A stretch of DNA of 64,000 bases from a virus (lineage: Duplodnaviria; Caudoviricetes), in the IMG/VR virus record IMGVR_UViG_3300037424_000564, positions 32,001-96,000 of that record, one strand, 5' to 3'. This document shows, one piece after another, positions 1 to 10,725 of the stretch (positions within the stretch are counted from its first letter, which is position 1; every line of letters begins with the position of its first letter). Below the pieces are notes generated by a model. It had not been told where the DNA came from, ran no database searches, and saw only the letters and a program-made list of their open reading frames with translations. The position numbers were made by a program, and so were the translations under genes.

Positions 1-123
1 ACTAGAATGTCCAGTTATAATGTCAACAACATCATCACAATCCCAATGATCTTCTATAAAATAAGTAACATATCTAGATACATCTTCATGCTTAACACCA
101 TGAAGATCAAGTACTTTCTTCAT
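1..123 (-). CDS. Smr/MutS2-C-like small domain protein (runs off window edge)
   Basis: My translation from ATG at 123: MKKVLDLHGVKHEDVSRYVTYFIEDHWDCDDVVDIITGHSS; the DLHG...IITG pattern is the Smr signature; not in the ORF track. Confidence 0.6.
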   Translation of the reverse strand, partial: MKKVLDLHGVKHEDVSRYVTYFIEDHWDCDDVVDIITGHSS

Positions 124-923
124 GGTGTCAATTCTCCATTTGTTACTAATCTGATTCCGTTTAAATAAACTGCTTTAAATTTACTAATTGGGTGTTCTGT
201 ATACACATTTTGGTAAATGACATAATGAGAATCAGGATTTACTTGGTGAACTGAAAAACGAATAATACTATCGCAAATTAGTTTGTTAAGATTTTTTCGT
301 CCATAATCCCCTACAATTTCAACATCAGCAACAACACCATCATAAGTAACTGTAGTCAATCTGTTCATATATTCCTCCATAAAAATATCAATAATCTTCT
401 GTAAAACATTTGATAAGAATGTTAATCTTCTCAAATGTTTCCATTGTTACTTTATGGGCTTGTCCATTAATATTAACTATTTCATATTTCGGTTCATTTG
501 ATTTTTTATAAACATTGGTTTTCTTCCAATCCAAATAGTCATCTGTATCTTTATTGTAAATAACATATCTATCATTATGTTCCGCAATAAAGATTACATT
601 AGCATCAAGCTTAATGCCTTTAACGATAACATCAACTTCTTCCCCATATTTGGGAATCCATTCCATTTCTTTCCATACTTTTTTAAGTTCATCTAAAGTA
701 TAGATAGTTGCTCCATTTTCCAAACAAAAACTTTTTGATCTTGGAGTAAACGTATTATCAATACTTATACAAAATCCAATATCTCTATTATACAAATAAA
801 CATAAGATCCTGTTAAATCTTTAGGCCAAATCAATCCATTTTCTTCACATAGATTAATATAATTCAAGTATTCAATATAATTTGCTAGAAATACGTAAGC
901 ATTTGGAATGGACTTATCCATAA

Positions 924-1409
924 TTAGATTCCTTTATTCTTGGTGCAGAGTTGTTCCGCATCACAACTATAACAGACATCATTATCAGTTGTCAATTTAT
1001 TATTTTCTAGAATTTTACGTTCGGTCACAAGGTCACGATTCTCCGCATGAAATTCAGTAAACTTATCAGGATAACGTGCTTTAAGTTTAGCAATATTGAC
1101 TGACATAACATCGTCTAGAGTTGTTTGGAGGATATCAACAGCAAGAGCGATGTACCACATTGAATCACCAATTTCTTCCCCAAGATTGACAAGATCAAGT
1201 GGTTTGCCATAGAATAGATGTTTCTTAAGCATATCAACAAATTCACCAGCTTCAGTTACCATGCCCATACCAGCATGAAGAAGCCTAATATTAGTTGGAT
1301 CTGAAAAACGTGCAATCATTTCAGGAGTGATTGGAGATTCAGTTGCAGTTGCATTTTTTACGTAAGTTGAGCTATTAATCATATTAGTTTCCTTTTTAGT
1401 AAATTGCAA
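924..1409 (-). CDS. mazG: MazG-like nucleotide pyrophosphohydrolase
   Basis: GMVTEAGEFVDMLKK...LGEEIGDSMWY...NIAKLKARYP, the all-alpha NTP-PPase EXXE motifs. Confidence 0.85.
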   Translation of the reverse strand: MQFTKKETNMINSSTYVKNATATESPITPEMIARFSDPTNIRLLHAGMGMVTEAGEFVDMLKKHLFYGKPLDLVNLGEEIGDSMWYIALAVDILQTTLDDVMSVNIAKLKARYPDKFTEFHAENRDLVTERKILENNKLTTDNDVCYSCDAEQLCTKNKGI

Positions 1410-1754
1410 TTCGATCTAGATAATCTTCAATTAGATTAGAATCGTGTTCAATACTTTCTAATACACTTCGCATTTCGTTAAAATAAGATGGGTACACTCG
1501 ATATGCCACATCAGTTACTTTTGTTGTTGGTAATTCTTCAAATGGCAACATTATAGGTCTTAATTGGGATTCAATTCTAATTTGAATTGAGTTAATTCTT
1601 TCTGAAGCATAACGTAATCGTTCAAGCATTTGATATCCAATAGATATTTCAACATCGACTTCTGATACAGTATCTCTTTTTGGTGTGCATTTATTCATTT
1701 TTTATCTCCTTAATTTTATATGGTATCTTACCATAATTTTCGTTATGTTGCAAT

Positions 1755-2312
1755 TTAGTCTTTAAAGATGTTTCCGAGGATTTGAGTCTGAAATTGTTCT
1801 GGGGATAAATGTTTATATTTAAAGGGATCATGACTATACACATATGTAAAATCAGGATGAACTATTAAGTTATACATTAATTCTTTTGAATATATATCAA
1901 CCATTTCATCTAAATCTTTTAAAATAGGACCAAGTTCTTTTTTATTTTTCCACCATGCACGACATAAAGTTATGTCAGTAGTATAGAATTGTTTTGAAGG
2001 TGTTCCAAAAGCAGTAGTACTACATATAGTTTTATATTCATTTAAATTAAATATTTTTTCTTTAATATTCATGGGTAGATCAAAATAATCATCAATATAT
2101 AAATGGGTTGTTAAAGTTGCCACATGACCAACAAAACATTCATTAGTACAAAAAATAACTTGATCTTTATTTACAAAATTATCACCAACAAATCTTCTAT
2201 ACATTTCTCCATGAGCAACAATAACTTTAGCATTTGGATTTTTCTTCAATTCTTCAAGAATAAAAGTTGTTTTTCCAGTCATTCTAGGTTTAATAACTAG
2301 TTGATTTTTCAT
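1755..2312 (-). CDS. Small P-loop NTPase-like protein
   Basis: KPRMTGKTT Walker A-like motif and LYIDD Walker B-like motif. Confidence 0.45.
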   Translation of the reverse strand: MKNQLVIKPRMTGKTTFILEELKKNPNAKVIVAHGEMYRRFVGDNFVNKDQVIFCTNECFVGHVATLTTHLYIDDYFDLPMNIKEKIFNLNEYKTICSTTAFGTPSKQFYTTDITLCRAWWKNKKELGPILKDLDEMVDIYSKELMYNLIVHPDFTYVYSHDPFKYKHLSPEQFQTQILGNIFKD

Positions 2313-2686
2313 TTTACGCCTCTCTTCTCATATATATCTCTAATTTGTTTCATTTCTATATCATCAATAAGATTACTATATTCTTTAGCTACTTGATGTG
2401 AACAATTATAATACTGCATCAAATAGAATACATCTTGATCTTTTTTTGCTTTAGCTGCATTATACTTTATAAACCGTTTGCCTTGTGGAAGACCATGATA
2501 TAGGCAATCGAAATACATTTTATTTGAAATTTTAAGTTTAGACATTTCATGAGCAATACCAGCAAATAATTTATCACAGGATAAGGTCATATTAATAATG
2601 TATTGATTACAATCTTTATTAATTTCTTCTGTGGAAGGAATTGATTTCTTTTCGAAGAAAATATTTAGAAAGTCGAAAGGTTTCAT
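2309..2686 (-). CDS. gp62: Clamp loader small subunit (T4 gp62-like)
   Basis: Directly after the gp44-like gene; YIINMTLS, YFDCLYHGLPQGKRFIKY, QYYNCS..AKEY pattern. Confidence 0.8.
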   Translation of the reverse strand: MKPFDFLNIFFEKKSIPSTEEINKDCNQYIINMTLSCDKLFAGIAHEMSKLKISNKMYFDCLYHGLPQGKRFIKYNAAKAKKDQDVFYLMQYYNCSHQVAKEYSNLIDDIEMKQIRDIYEKRGVK

Positions 2687-3621
2687 TTAAACTCACAATC
2701 GCGCATGATTTCAGTAATACATGCACATAGAGAAATTTCAGGAGCAATCGATAGAGAAGCCTCATATACAAATCTACCTAAAATCATAATAGCAGTAGGT
2801 TTAGATTTATCCACAAGAATTTCATCCAACTTAGAATAAAATTCAGTATAGAAAGTGGAATGGTCAATTTGAGTTACAAGTTTTCTAACGTTATTGAATT
2901 TTTTATTCTTGATTTCTTCCAGAATATTACCAAAGATTGCACCATCAATGTTACGAAAGATAGCGTCATCAATTTTCCCAAACATTTTATAAAACTTCTG
3001 CAATTCGTTTAATGTTTTTCTGAAGTCAGGATAGATTTGTTGAACAAACTCTGCTAGGATTTGTTTATCATATTGGACACCTTCTTGATCGAGAATCCAG
3101 CATACACGTTTAAAGTATGCAACTACCATTGATTTCTTTTCTTTTTGATTGAAATTGAAATCAATCAACTGGCATCTAGATTTGATCTGATCAATAATTT
3201 GTGACATATTATTAGTTGTTAAAATAAATCGACAGTTTGATTCTGTTTGTTCTATCAAAGCTTTCATTGCATCTTGTGCTTGTGGACTTAAACGGTCGCA
3301 TTCGTCAATGAAACAGATTTTTCCGTTATCAGAGAAAGAAGATGTGTTAGCGAACTGTGTGACTTCATATCGCAAGGTATCAATTGAGGTGCTAACAGAT
3401 CCATTTAAAAAAAGTTTATCAGCTTTAAGATCATGAATTAAAGAAAATCCAGCAGAAGTTTTTCCTCTACCAGCAGAAGATGAAAATAAAAGATTAGGGA
3501 TATCACCATCTTTAACAAAATTATCAAATAGATTTTTGATATCTGTAGGTAAGATTAGATCTTTTACAGTTTTGGGTCTGTATTTTTCTACCCATAAACT
3601 TGATTTACCGATTAGTTCCAT
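2683..3621 (-). CDS. gp44: Clamp loader AAA+ subunit (T4 gp44/RFC-like)
   Basis: LWVEKYRP box, AGRGKTS Walker A, FIDECD Walker B, SRC motif (IKSRC). Confidence 0.95.
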   Translation of the reverse strand: MELIGKSSLWVEKYRPKTVKDLILPTDIKNLFDNFVKDGDIPNLLFSSSAGRGKTSAGFSLIHDLKADKLFLNGSVSTSIDTLRYEVTQFANTSSFSDNGKICFIDECDRLSPQAQDAMKALIEQTESNCRFILTTNNMSQIIDQIKSRCQLIDFNFNQKEKKSMVVAYFKRVCWILDQEGVQYDKQILAEFVQQIYPDFRKTLNELQKFYKMFGKIDDAIFRNIDGAIFGNILEEIKNKKFNNVRKLVTQIDHSTFYTEFYSKLDEILVDKSKPTAIMILGRFVYEASLSIAPEISLCACITEIMRDCEFK

Positions 3622-3644
3622 GTATTGTTTTCCTTGTTAAAAAA

Positions 3645-3674
3645 TTCCCGCATAGGTTATTCTATACGGGAATA
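3645..3674 (-). terminator. Intrinsic terminator-like hairpin
   Basis: attcccgcatag-gttatt-ctatacgggaat inverted repeat, with a U-tract on the minus strand. Confidence 0.6.
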
Positions 3675-3676
3675 TG

Positions 3677-3799
3677 TTAATTAGAATGATATGTACCACA
3701 AGTAGGGCATCTATGCTGAAAAATTGGAATACCTTTTTCAGAAAGATATATTACATATTCCTCGCCACATTTTAAGCATATAACTACTTTAGTTCGCAT
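3677..3799 (-). CDS. 40-aa zinc-ribbon microprotein
   Basis: My translation MRTKVVICLKCGEEYVIYLSEKGIPIFQHRCPTCGTYHSN (two CxxC); start overlaps the gp45 stop; followed by the hairpin at 3645-3674. Confidence 0.6.
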   Translation of the reverse strand: MRTKVVICLKCGEEYVIYLSEKGIPIFQHRCPTCGTYHSN

Positions 3800-4511
3800 T
3801 TGGATCTACGATATTAGTAGCAATAAAGTAAGTCACTCCATTTAAATTAGACCATTTAGAGAGATACTTAGTTTTACCTTTTACTTGTTTGCTACCAACG
3901 TTTAGAGTATACTCACCACCAATAAGTTTAAAATCTTCCATAGAGATACGAACTGGTTCAGTTAGATTATTAATGGTGGCGTCATCAATAACAAGTTCAT
4001 AACTGTTCGCAGAAGTTTCTAGTTCATCGCCAATAGTGATACGAACTAACTTTTTAGTGTTAAATGTGATGGATTCAATGAACATGTATTTTGATTTGAA
4101 TTGAGCAGATGCTTTCATGATAATAGCGATACGATCAGCAGGAAGAGATAGCGCAACACTTTCATCTAAAGTTTTGAATAGTGAATTAGTATCTGGAACA
4201 ATTGGTACTAATTCTTTAGCTGTCGTATAATATGTAATTTTATCACTTTTTGCAGTTATTGATAGAAATTTATCTTTGACTTCAATTTCTGCTTGCTTCA
4301 TAATTGAAAGGATACCAATGAAGTCACTTGTATTATACAATCCAAATGGTTCAAAATCAAATGGAGTAGTGAAAGGATAATTAGCAATAACTGATTTACT
4401 GCTACTAATAACTGAAAACTTATCTGGTTCTACTAACATTTGTTGACTGATACTTGAGAAGTTAGCCAATATTTTTAATTGGACTTCATCAAAATTAAAC
4501 TTAGTTGTCAT
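3789..4511 (-). CDS. gp45: Sliding clamp (T4 gp45-like)
   Basis: LKILANFSSISQQM N-terminus, FGLYNTSDFIGIL, ~240 aa, upstream of gp44/gp62. Confidence 0.85.
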   Translation of the reverse strand: MTTKFNFDEVQLKILANFSSISQQMLVEPDKFSVISSSKSVIANYPFTTPFDFEPFGLYNTSDFIGILSIMKQAEIEVKDKFLSITAKSDKITYYTTAKELVPIVPDTNSLFKTLDESVALSLPADRIAIIMKASAQFKSKYMFIESITFNTKKLVRITIGDELETSANSYELVIDDATINNLTEPVRISMEDFKLIGGEYTLNVGSKQVKGKTKYLSKWSNLNGVTYFIATNIVDPNAN

Positions 4512-5115
4512 TTAAATCTCCTTGTGGTTGAAATTTATGTTTGTTGTTCTTCATAAATTTCTTAACTTTTTTAGTGGCGATAGAGTTAAGATAACGTCTA
4601 GCCTTACGTGGCTGATAACCTTGAGCCAGTAAATTTTCATATGCTTTTTTATACCCTTCAGAAAAGGCATCTTCTTGTTTTGGTTCTTCTTGTTTTGTTT
4701 CTTCAAGTGGTTCTACATTAATTTCCATTTAATTTCCTTCATCTAGAATAAATTCTAGCTCGGTTAATGTTTCAAATTGTTTACCAATTACTTTCCAACT
4801 ACCATCATAAATATAATACAGATCGTCAGAAAAGTCAACTGAGTCCTCTAAGTCCTTGAAATTGATGTATTCTTCATACACTCTGGAAATGACAGAATCC
4901 CCATCATCCTCGAATTCAGTATAAAATTCAATTTCACCATCTTCAATGAAATCAACTGTAGTCTTAACAATTAATTTTGATTCAGAGATATCTTTAAAAT
5001 AATCATACAATTCAATACCTAGATATTCAATTTCACCATCACCTAGATATTCAACAACTTTGATTGATCCTTTTTTCTTTGTTACACCGATAAAAGTACC
5101 CATAATTAATCTCCT

Positions 5116-5868
5116 TTAAAAAACAGTACTTGAACATTTATCAATTACGAATAATTTTTTACATCTAATCTTTCCTGCTTGTACTGTGATAATATCATCT
5201 ACATGAACTTTACAAAATAAAACTACTCGACCCCCATTTCCTTCCCAATATGTCGCATTAGATACATGAAGTCCTTTTGCACAAGATCTATTAGATAGAT
5301 CGGCTGAATCTTCGCTAATATATGAATCCAATTTATAAAAGAAATTTGAGTTATATAGTGAACTTAAATCCTCATTAACATGTTTATAACAATAAACATA
5401 ATTACCTACAGTTTCAAGTCCAGTTTGGACTTTAATATTTTCTCTAATGTTTTTGGGATCTGTAAGATCAACTACACACTTAGAATAACTAACTTTCATG
5501 TTTTCAGATACAATAGCATTACCGAATACTCTAGCATTATCGAATACTACAACATCACCGTATACTCTAGCATTATCGTATACTCTAGCATTATCGTATA
5601 CCCAAGCATCACCGTATACTCTAGCATCACCGTATACTCTAGCATTATCGTATACTCTAGCATTATCGTATACCCAAGCATTACCGAATACCCAAGCATT
5701 ACCGGATACTCTAGCATTACCGGATACTTTAGCATCATATCCAATAAAACAGGTAGGTTCTACTGATGCAGTGTCAGCTACCCAACCACCTTCAGATCCA
5801 TCTGAATTTTTATGTCGTTTAGCTGGAACTGCACCTGCTCCATCTTCAAAATCGAATGTAGTTTTCAT
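5116..5868 (-). CDS. Hexapeptide-repeat (left-handed beta-helix-like) protein
   Basis: Tandem VYDNAR/VYGDAR/VFGNAW repeats; 18-nt DNA repeats at about 5520-5730. Confidence 0.75.
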   Translation of the reverse strand: MKTTFDFEDGAGAVPAKRHKNSDGSEGGWVADTASVEPTCFIGYDAKVSGNARVSGNAWVFGNAWVYDNARVYDNARVYGDARVYGDAWVYDNARVYDNARVYGDVVVFDNARVFGNAIVSENMKVSYSKCVVDLTDPKNIRENIKVQTGLETVGNYVYCYKHVNEDLSSLYNSNFFYKLDSYISEDSADLSNRSCAKGLHVSNATYWEGNGGRVVLFCKVHVDDIITVQAGKIRCKKLFVIDKCSSTVF

Positions 5869-6251
5869 TAGATATCCTCATTTCGCATTTTGGTACGTTT
5901 TGTGTGTGGAGTATTTTCATATTCATATTCATGGTCATCGCACTGAAATACAATATAACGACCATTAATATACTCACATTTACATCCACATTCTAATTCA
6001 TATGTTCCGTTTTCAGCCGACACTTTTTGTTCTCCTTGAGTTTGTTTAAGATTATTCATATTTCACGAAAATTGCATCAATAATATCTGTATAGTACTCG
6101 AAAAATGCAGCTACAACCATCTTCCCATTCTTCAATGATATATGCAATGGGAAATAAAATTGGGGATAAAATAAAGATAACAATTCCAGCAATAGGTAAT
6201 AGCCAAATATGTTTCTGAAAAAATGGGCGAAGAGTTTCTTTTTTATTCATA

Positions 6252-6836
6252 TTACCTCTCATGATGTTTAATTAATGGTACGTCTTTAAATCTAAGAATC
6301 AGTTGATCCATTGATACTGGCTTATAATTCCAAGCATCAACTCCTACATCACATGACCTACAATAATCAGGCATTCCACCATGTGAATGTCCAAATGCAT
6401 GATAGACTCCATAATGCGCTCTATTCCAAACTCTATGAGCATAATGAGAAAGGAAAATAAACTCTTTTTCTACTTTGATAGTTGCTACCTCACGGCACCA
6501 TTTGAATCCGGCATCTTTCCAGTCATTGCCTTCATGATTACCTTTAATAAGATAATGTGTTCCATTTAGTTGTCGGAGATATTGTTTGTGATTTTTGAAA
6601 GCAAAGTCGCCTAGATGATAAACTTCATCTTCTGGTTTGACTACAGCATTATGATTTAGAATAAATGTTTTGTGCATTTCTTCTAAATTGACAAATGGCC
6701 GATTACAATACTTAATAATATTGTTGTGGTTGAAATGTTGATCTGATGCGAACCATACTTTTGACATTAGAAATTTACCCACCTTACTAGATCTAGAATA
6801 ATTAAAACAGAATACATAAAGACAAAAAATAAACAA
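6252..6836 (-). CDS. Calcineurin-like metallophosphoesterase
   Basis: SDQHFNH, HLGDF, KGNHE, HAFGHSHG motifs; probable true start at MSKVWF. Confidence 0.9.
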   Translation of the reverse strand: MFIFCLYVFCFNYSRSSKVGKFLMSKVWFASDQHFNHNNIIKYCNRPFVNLEEMHKTFILNHNAVVKPEDEVYHLGDFAFKNHKQYLRQLNGTHYLIKGNHEGNDWKDAGFKWCREVATIKVEKEFIFLSHYAHRVWNRAHYGVYHAFGHSHGGMPDYCRSCDVGVDAWNYKPVSMDQLILRFKDVPLIKHHER

Positions 6837-7133
6837 ATATTATAAATCCATTTGGTTTCTTGTAATTTAGGTTCATTCACAGCCCACAGATAGGCAATAA
6901 AAAGGAAAGCATCCAAAAAATATTTGAGAATAACGGCAGTTAGTGTCATATTATTTTCCTTTAAATGTGATGAACATAATTATAGAGTTTGACAATCATA
7001 AGGATAGTATGCATATTTACAAAAAATACACTAATTGCTAGAGTATACACCTTTTCTTTTGAAGTTGTTTCAAAAATGTAAAGCCATACGATAAACATAA
7101 AGGCACTTAAAAAATACTCAATCAATGGTTCCA

Positions 7134-7532
7134 TTATTCGTTCCCCTTTTGTAGTATATTTGCGTCATTTGTCGAATAATACACATTTCGGATACCTACA
7201 TAATCGATAAATTCTTGGCAAAATTCACACGGTTTAGCCATACGAAGTTCACCATTTGAATTTATGCGAACTACTAGTATATTATAATCTTTTAGATTTC
7301 GTCTGGCTTTGATGATAGCATGTGCTTCTGCGTGACTTGATTCCAAATAGTTCTTAAATTTATAAGGAATTTTATTAGATCTTACCGCATTATGAGCTAT
7401 AGCGATAACTCGTTTCCCCTTAAAAATAACAGCGGCTATCTTATGCTGTTTATAGGTTGAAAGCTTTGCCTCTTCAATTGCAAGCTTCAAGATAGGAGAA
7501 AATATAAATTTTTTGGTTACGTTGATTTCCAT
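7134..7532 (-). CDS. Zinc-dependent nucleoside/nucleotide deaminase family protein
   Basis: HAEAHA and PCEFC motifs. Confidence 0.85.
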   Translation of the reverse strand: MEINVTKKFIFSPILKLAIEEAKLSTYKQHKIAAVIFKGKRVIAIAHNAVRSNKIPYKFKNYLESSHAEAHAIIKARRNLKDYNILVVRINSNGELRMAKPCEFCQEFIDYVGIRNVYYSTNDANILQKGNE

Positions 7533-7592
7533 ATACAGAATATAACAGAGAGGGAGATATTTGTCAATTTAAAATATCTCCCTCTCAATTAA

Positions 7593-7820
7593 TTACCCAT
7601 CGTAACTAGCACCATACGAAATATCAAGGTGAGTGATTCCTTTTGCTTTTGCTTCTTCTAGTTGTTTCATGAGTGAATTGATTTCAAGTCGTGTAGTATC
7701 TACCTTATTTACCTCGCAATCTTCGTCATACCCTTCATTCAAAATTTCATCTTCTCCAAGACTAATAAGAATGAAACTAGAACTTGAACTATTTGCTACA
7801 AATGATTGTCTTGTTTTCAT
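7593..7820 (-). CDS. NSSSSS-motif protein 1 (75 aa, acidic)
   Basis: Begins MKTRQSFVANSSSSSFI. Confidence 0.8.
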   Translation of the reverse strand: MKTRQSFVANSSSSSFILISLGEDEILNEGYDEDCEVNKVDTTRLEINSLMKQLEEAKAKGITHLDISYGASYDG

Positions 7821-8287
7821 TTATTCTCCATTCTACACCATTCCATAAATTCAGTGTAATTTTTAAATTGTGTTTTGATTTCTTCTTCTACTTGTGTTGA
7901 TGTGATATTAAAATTACGATAGACATAATCAATATATTCACAATTGTAGAGTTTCTTCCTGCGTTTATTCATTTCTTTGATTCCAGCAAATACAATTGCA
8001 CGATCAACTTTGTATTTTGCTGTGAGATATGATGTGATATCACTTTCAGCAAAATTTAGAAATTGACAGAAAGGACAGTTTTCTTCTGGTGCTTCATACA
8101 TACAGATTTCTTCACCATCAACAGGTACATTTACCAAACCTTCATCACAGAAGATATGCCCATGTTCACATTGATAATGATCGAATTGTGATGGAGAAGC
8201 ATCCCAACCTGTAAAAGTTTCTCCACATAGATCACAAATAAAACTTGAACTTGAACTATTAGCTACAAACGATTGTCTTACTTTCAT
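7817..8287 (-). CDS. NSSSSS-motif protein 2 (156 aa, Cys-rich)
   Basis: Begins MKVRQSFVANSSSSSFI; then CDLCG, CEHGH, CPFC. Confidence 0.8.
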   Translation of the reverse strand: MKVRQSFVANSSSSSFICDLCGETFTGWDASPSQFDHYQCEHGHIFCDEGLVNVPVDGEEICMYEAPEENCPFCQFLNFAESDITSYLTAKYKVDRAIVFAGIKEMNKRRKKLYNCEYIDYVYRNFNITSTQVEEEIKTQFKNYTEFMEWCRMENK

Positions 8288-8289
8288 TT

Positions 8290-8694
8290 TTAATTATCTC
8301 CTTCTAGTTTAAACATACCATCGCCTCGATCTTTATCTGACATATAATCATAGAAATCACTATCTTCATTATTATCAATTTCAATAAATGCAATTGAATA
8401 TTTGTCATTAATGGTCTTCACGTATGTATTATATTTTTCTTTATAATCTGGATCTGAGCATATTGATTCTACGGTATCTGTATCACAATATCCATATCGC
8501 TCAATAAAATGCACATTCAATTCTTCAATATTATCCGCAATACTATTACCTAATAATTTAGTTGCTGTTTTTTTGATTTGCTTCTTAGCCCAATCTGGTA
8601 GATTGTCAAAATTAGGAGCAGTAGTAGGATTTTTGAATGCAATAACAAATGAAGATGAACTTGAATTAGCTACAAATGATTGTCTAATTTTCAT
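8290..8694 (-). CDS. NSSSSS-motif protein 3 (134 aa)
   Basis: Begins MKIRQSFVANSSSSSFV. Confidence 0.8.
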   Translation of the reverse strand: MKIRQSFVANSSSSSFVIAFKNPTTAPNFDNLPDWAKKQIKKTATKLLGNSIADNIEELNVHFIERYGYCDTDTVESICSDPDYKEKYNTYVKTINDKYSIAFIEIDNNEDSDFYDYMSDKDRGDGMFKLEGDN

Positions 8695-8992
8695 AATGAT
8701 TCCTTTATTGTTGGTATATATTTTAAAAATTGGGTTAAATGACCAGTGTTATAACGACCTGTTGTTGCGCAACGTGTACAATCAACATCTTCTGCATCGT
8801 TATGATAGATACTATGTGTGGTATATCCTTTGCCTTCACAAGAAGGGCATATATCATGAATTCTATACAAATCTTCTCTAAGAATTTTAAACTTATTTTC
8901 CGCTACAAATTTACGGATTCTTTCATATTCTTCAAGTTCATCCACTTTCAATAGATCTTTTTTTAATTCTGCAAGCTTATTCATAATTATCC

Positions 8993-9676
8993 TTAATGAT
9001 TACTAAATCTTACTGCTGTATTGATTTTATCCCAATGTCCACCATGTTCCAGTTCGCTACCCAAAGATCCATCTTCATCACAAAAAGTTCCATATAAAAA
9101 ATTAGTGAATTTGTCAGGTTGATATCCTTGGATTTTATGGATGAAACTTTCTACATTTAATAAGAAATTTTCTTTGATTCTTTTAAGTTTAAAGTAATCA
9201 TTTATAATTTCAAAACGTTTCATATCTGGAATATCATATTCAGAATATCTATCAAGTTCTTCTTCTGATTTATTAGGAAATTGTTTGGTTAATATTTTTC
9301 TAACTCGTTTATCGATATAATTGTCATAGTCTGTATCATCATATCTAAACGAAAAATGAGTAGACAACTTATACAGAATTTTCCATTCATTATCCATTGT
9401 GATATCATCGTACTCATTTTCTGCAAATTTAGGTGCTTCTTCCCACACTCTATTAATACATTTGATATTTTGTGCGATAGATCTTAATTTATTCAGATCA
9501 AGTGGGAATGGTGTGAGTCCAGAGAAAAGATTTTCCATAATAATAGGAGCGACATATTCTTTGGTACGACCAAATACAATATCACCAAATTCTCCTATTG
9601 TATTTGGAATAGCTGATACTCCAATGATGAAACTAGAACTTGAACTATTTGCTACAAATGATTGTCTTGTTTTCAT
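8993..9676 (-). CDS. NSSSSS-motif protein 4 (start re-assigned to MKTRQ)
   Basis: MKTRQSFVANSSSSSFI at 9676, overlapping the upstream stop; the ORF track over-extends it to 9715. Confidence 0.8.
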   Translation of the reverse strand: MKTRQSFVANSSSSSFIIGVSAIPNTIGEFGDIVFGRTKEYVAPIIMENLFSGLTPFPLDLNKLRSIAQNIKCINRVWEEAPKFAENEYDDITMDNEWKILYKLSTHFSFRYDDTDYDNYIDKRVRKILTKQFPNKSEEELDRYSEYDIPDMKRFEIINDYFKLKRIKENFLLNVESFIHKIQGYQPDKFTNFLYGTFCDEDGSLGSELEHGGHWDKINTAVRFSNH

Positions 9677-10725
9677 GAGTCGATTCCTTTCCACCAAGAA
9701 GTATAAGTAATCCAAAACGAAGGACGTTCATCCAAATCACGTAGAATTTTATCTGTAATTGGAATTAGCTTAGGGCCTTCTGTTGGACGGGAATCCCCCA
9801 GACGAGGCTCAATACCACCGTAACAAATATGAAGAAATTTATGTAATTCAATCAGATCACGATGAATACTTGTTCCATCACAATATGTATTACCATTAGT
9901 ATGATACCCCATCCAATTCAAAATATATGCAGTTGGTTGATTATTTGTTGGTGTGATATCAAGTTTCGTAGTGGAAATATCAGTAAAACAAGATTCAGTC
10001 ATAGTAAAACAATCATATCCATCTAAATCAACTTTGATAGTAGGTTCCAGAATATAGATATTTACTGGACCTATATATGAAACTCCTTTAACTTTAGCCA
10101 CAAGTCCATCTAAAATTGGAGATCCTGTTGAATGAATTTTTACCAGTGTGCCATTAGTGTATTTCATACTAATTTTCCTTTATAAATTTAAAGAACTTCG
10201 GTGAGAATTCGCCATGATTTAAGTGTCATCCCATCAAATGTTAGTTCAACAGGTTTACCTCGTAGATTAGTGATATCATCAACTTTAGCATCACTCATAA
10301 TAGTTTCAATTCGGTTAATCATTTCAAGCCGTGACTTCGAACGATCTTCTTCTGTCCATTTAGTATATTCTGATATAGTTATTGTATTTACCCATCCACC
10401 GGAAATGAAATCTCCACAACCACAACAACCATTAAATGTGAAATTAAAATTACATCCAAACATTGCTTCATTATATCCACCAACCCCAAACTGAATACTA
10501 TCAATTTTTCCTAGTTTCTTTTCCATTATAATTTTTATACTCCTATATCAACTGTTGGTTGTATATTACAACCAACAGTTGTATATTACAACCATAAGCT
10601 TCATTAAAATGATCCAATCGAACTAATCCATCAAACATAATGTCCATATCTCTAAAAAACTTAGTTGAATATTGCTCTCCTGTAATAGGATTAAGATAAA
10701 CGATATATGGTGGGCTAAGATCCAT

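Noticed and set aside
5380-5968. Plus-strand repetitive ORFs (5380-5766, 5498-5968) and alternative-frame ORF 5547-5744
   Set aside because: They are shadows of the 18-nt repeats in the hexapeptide gene and have no RBS or domain signal
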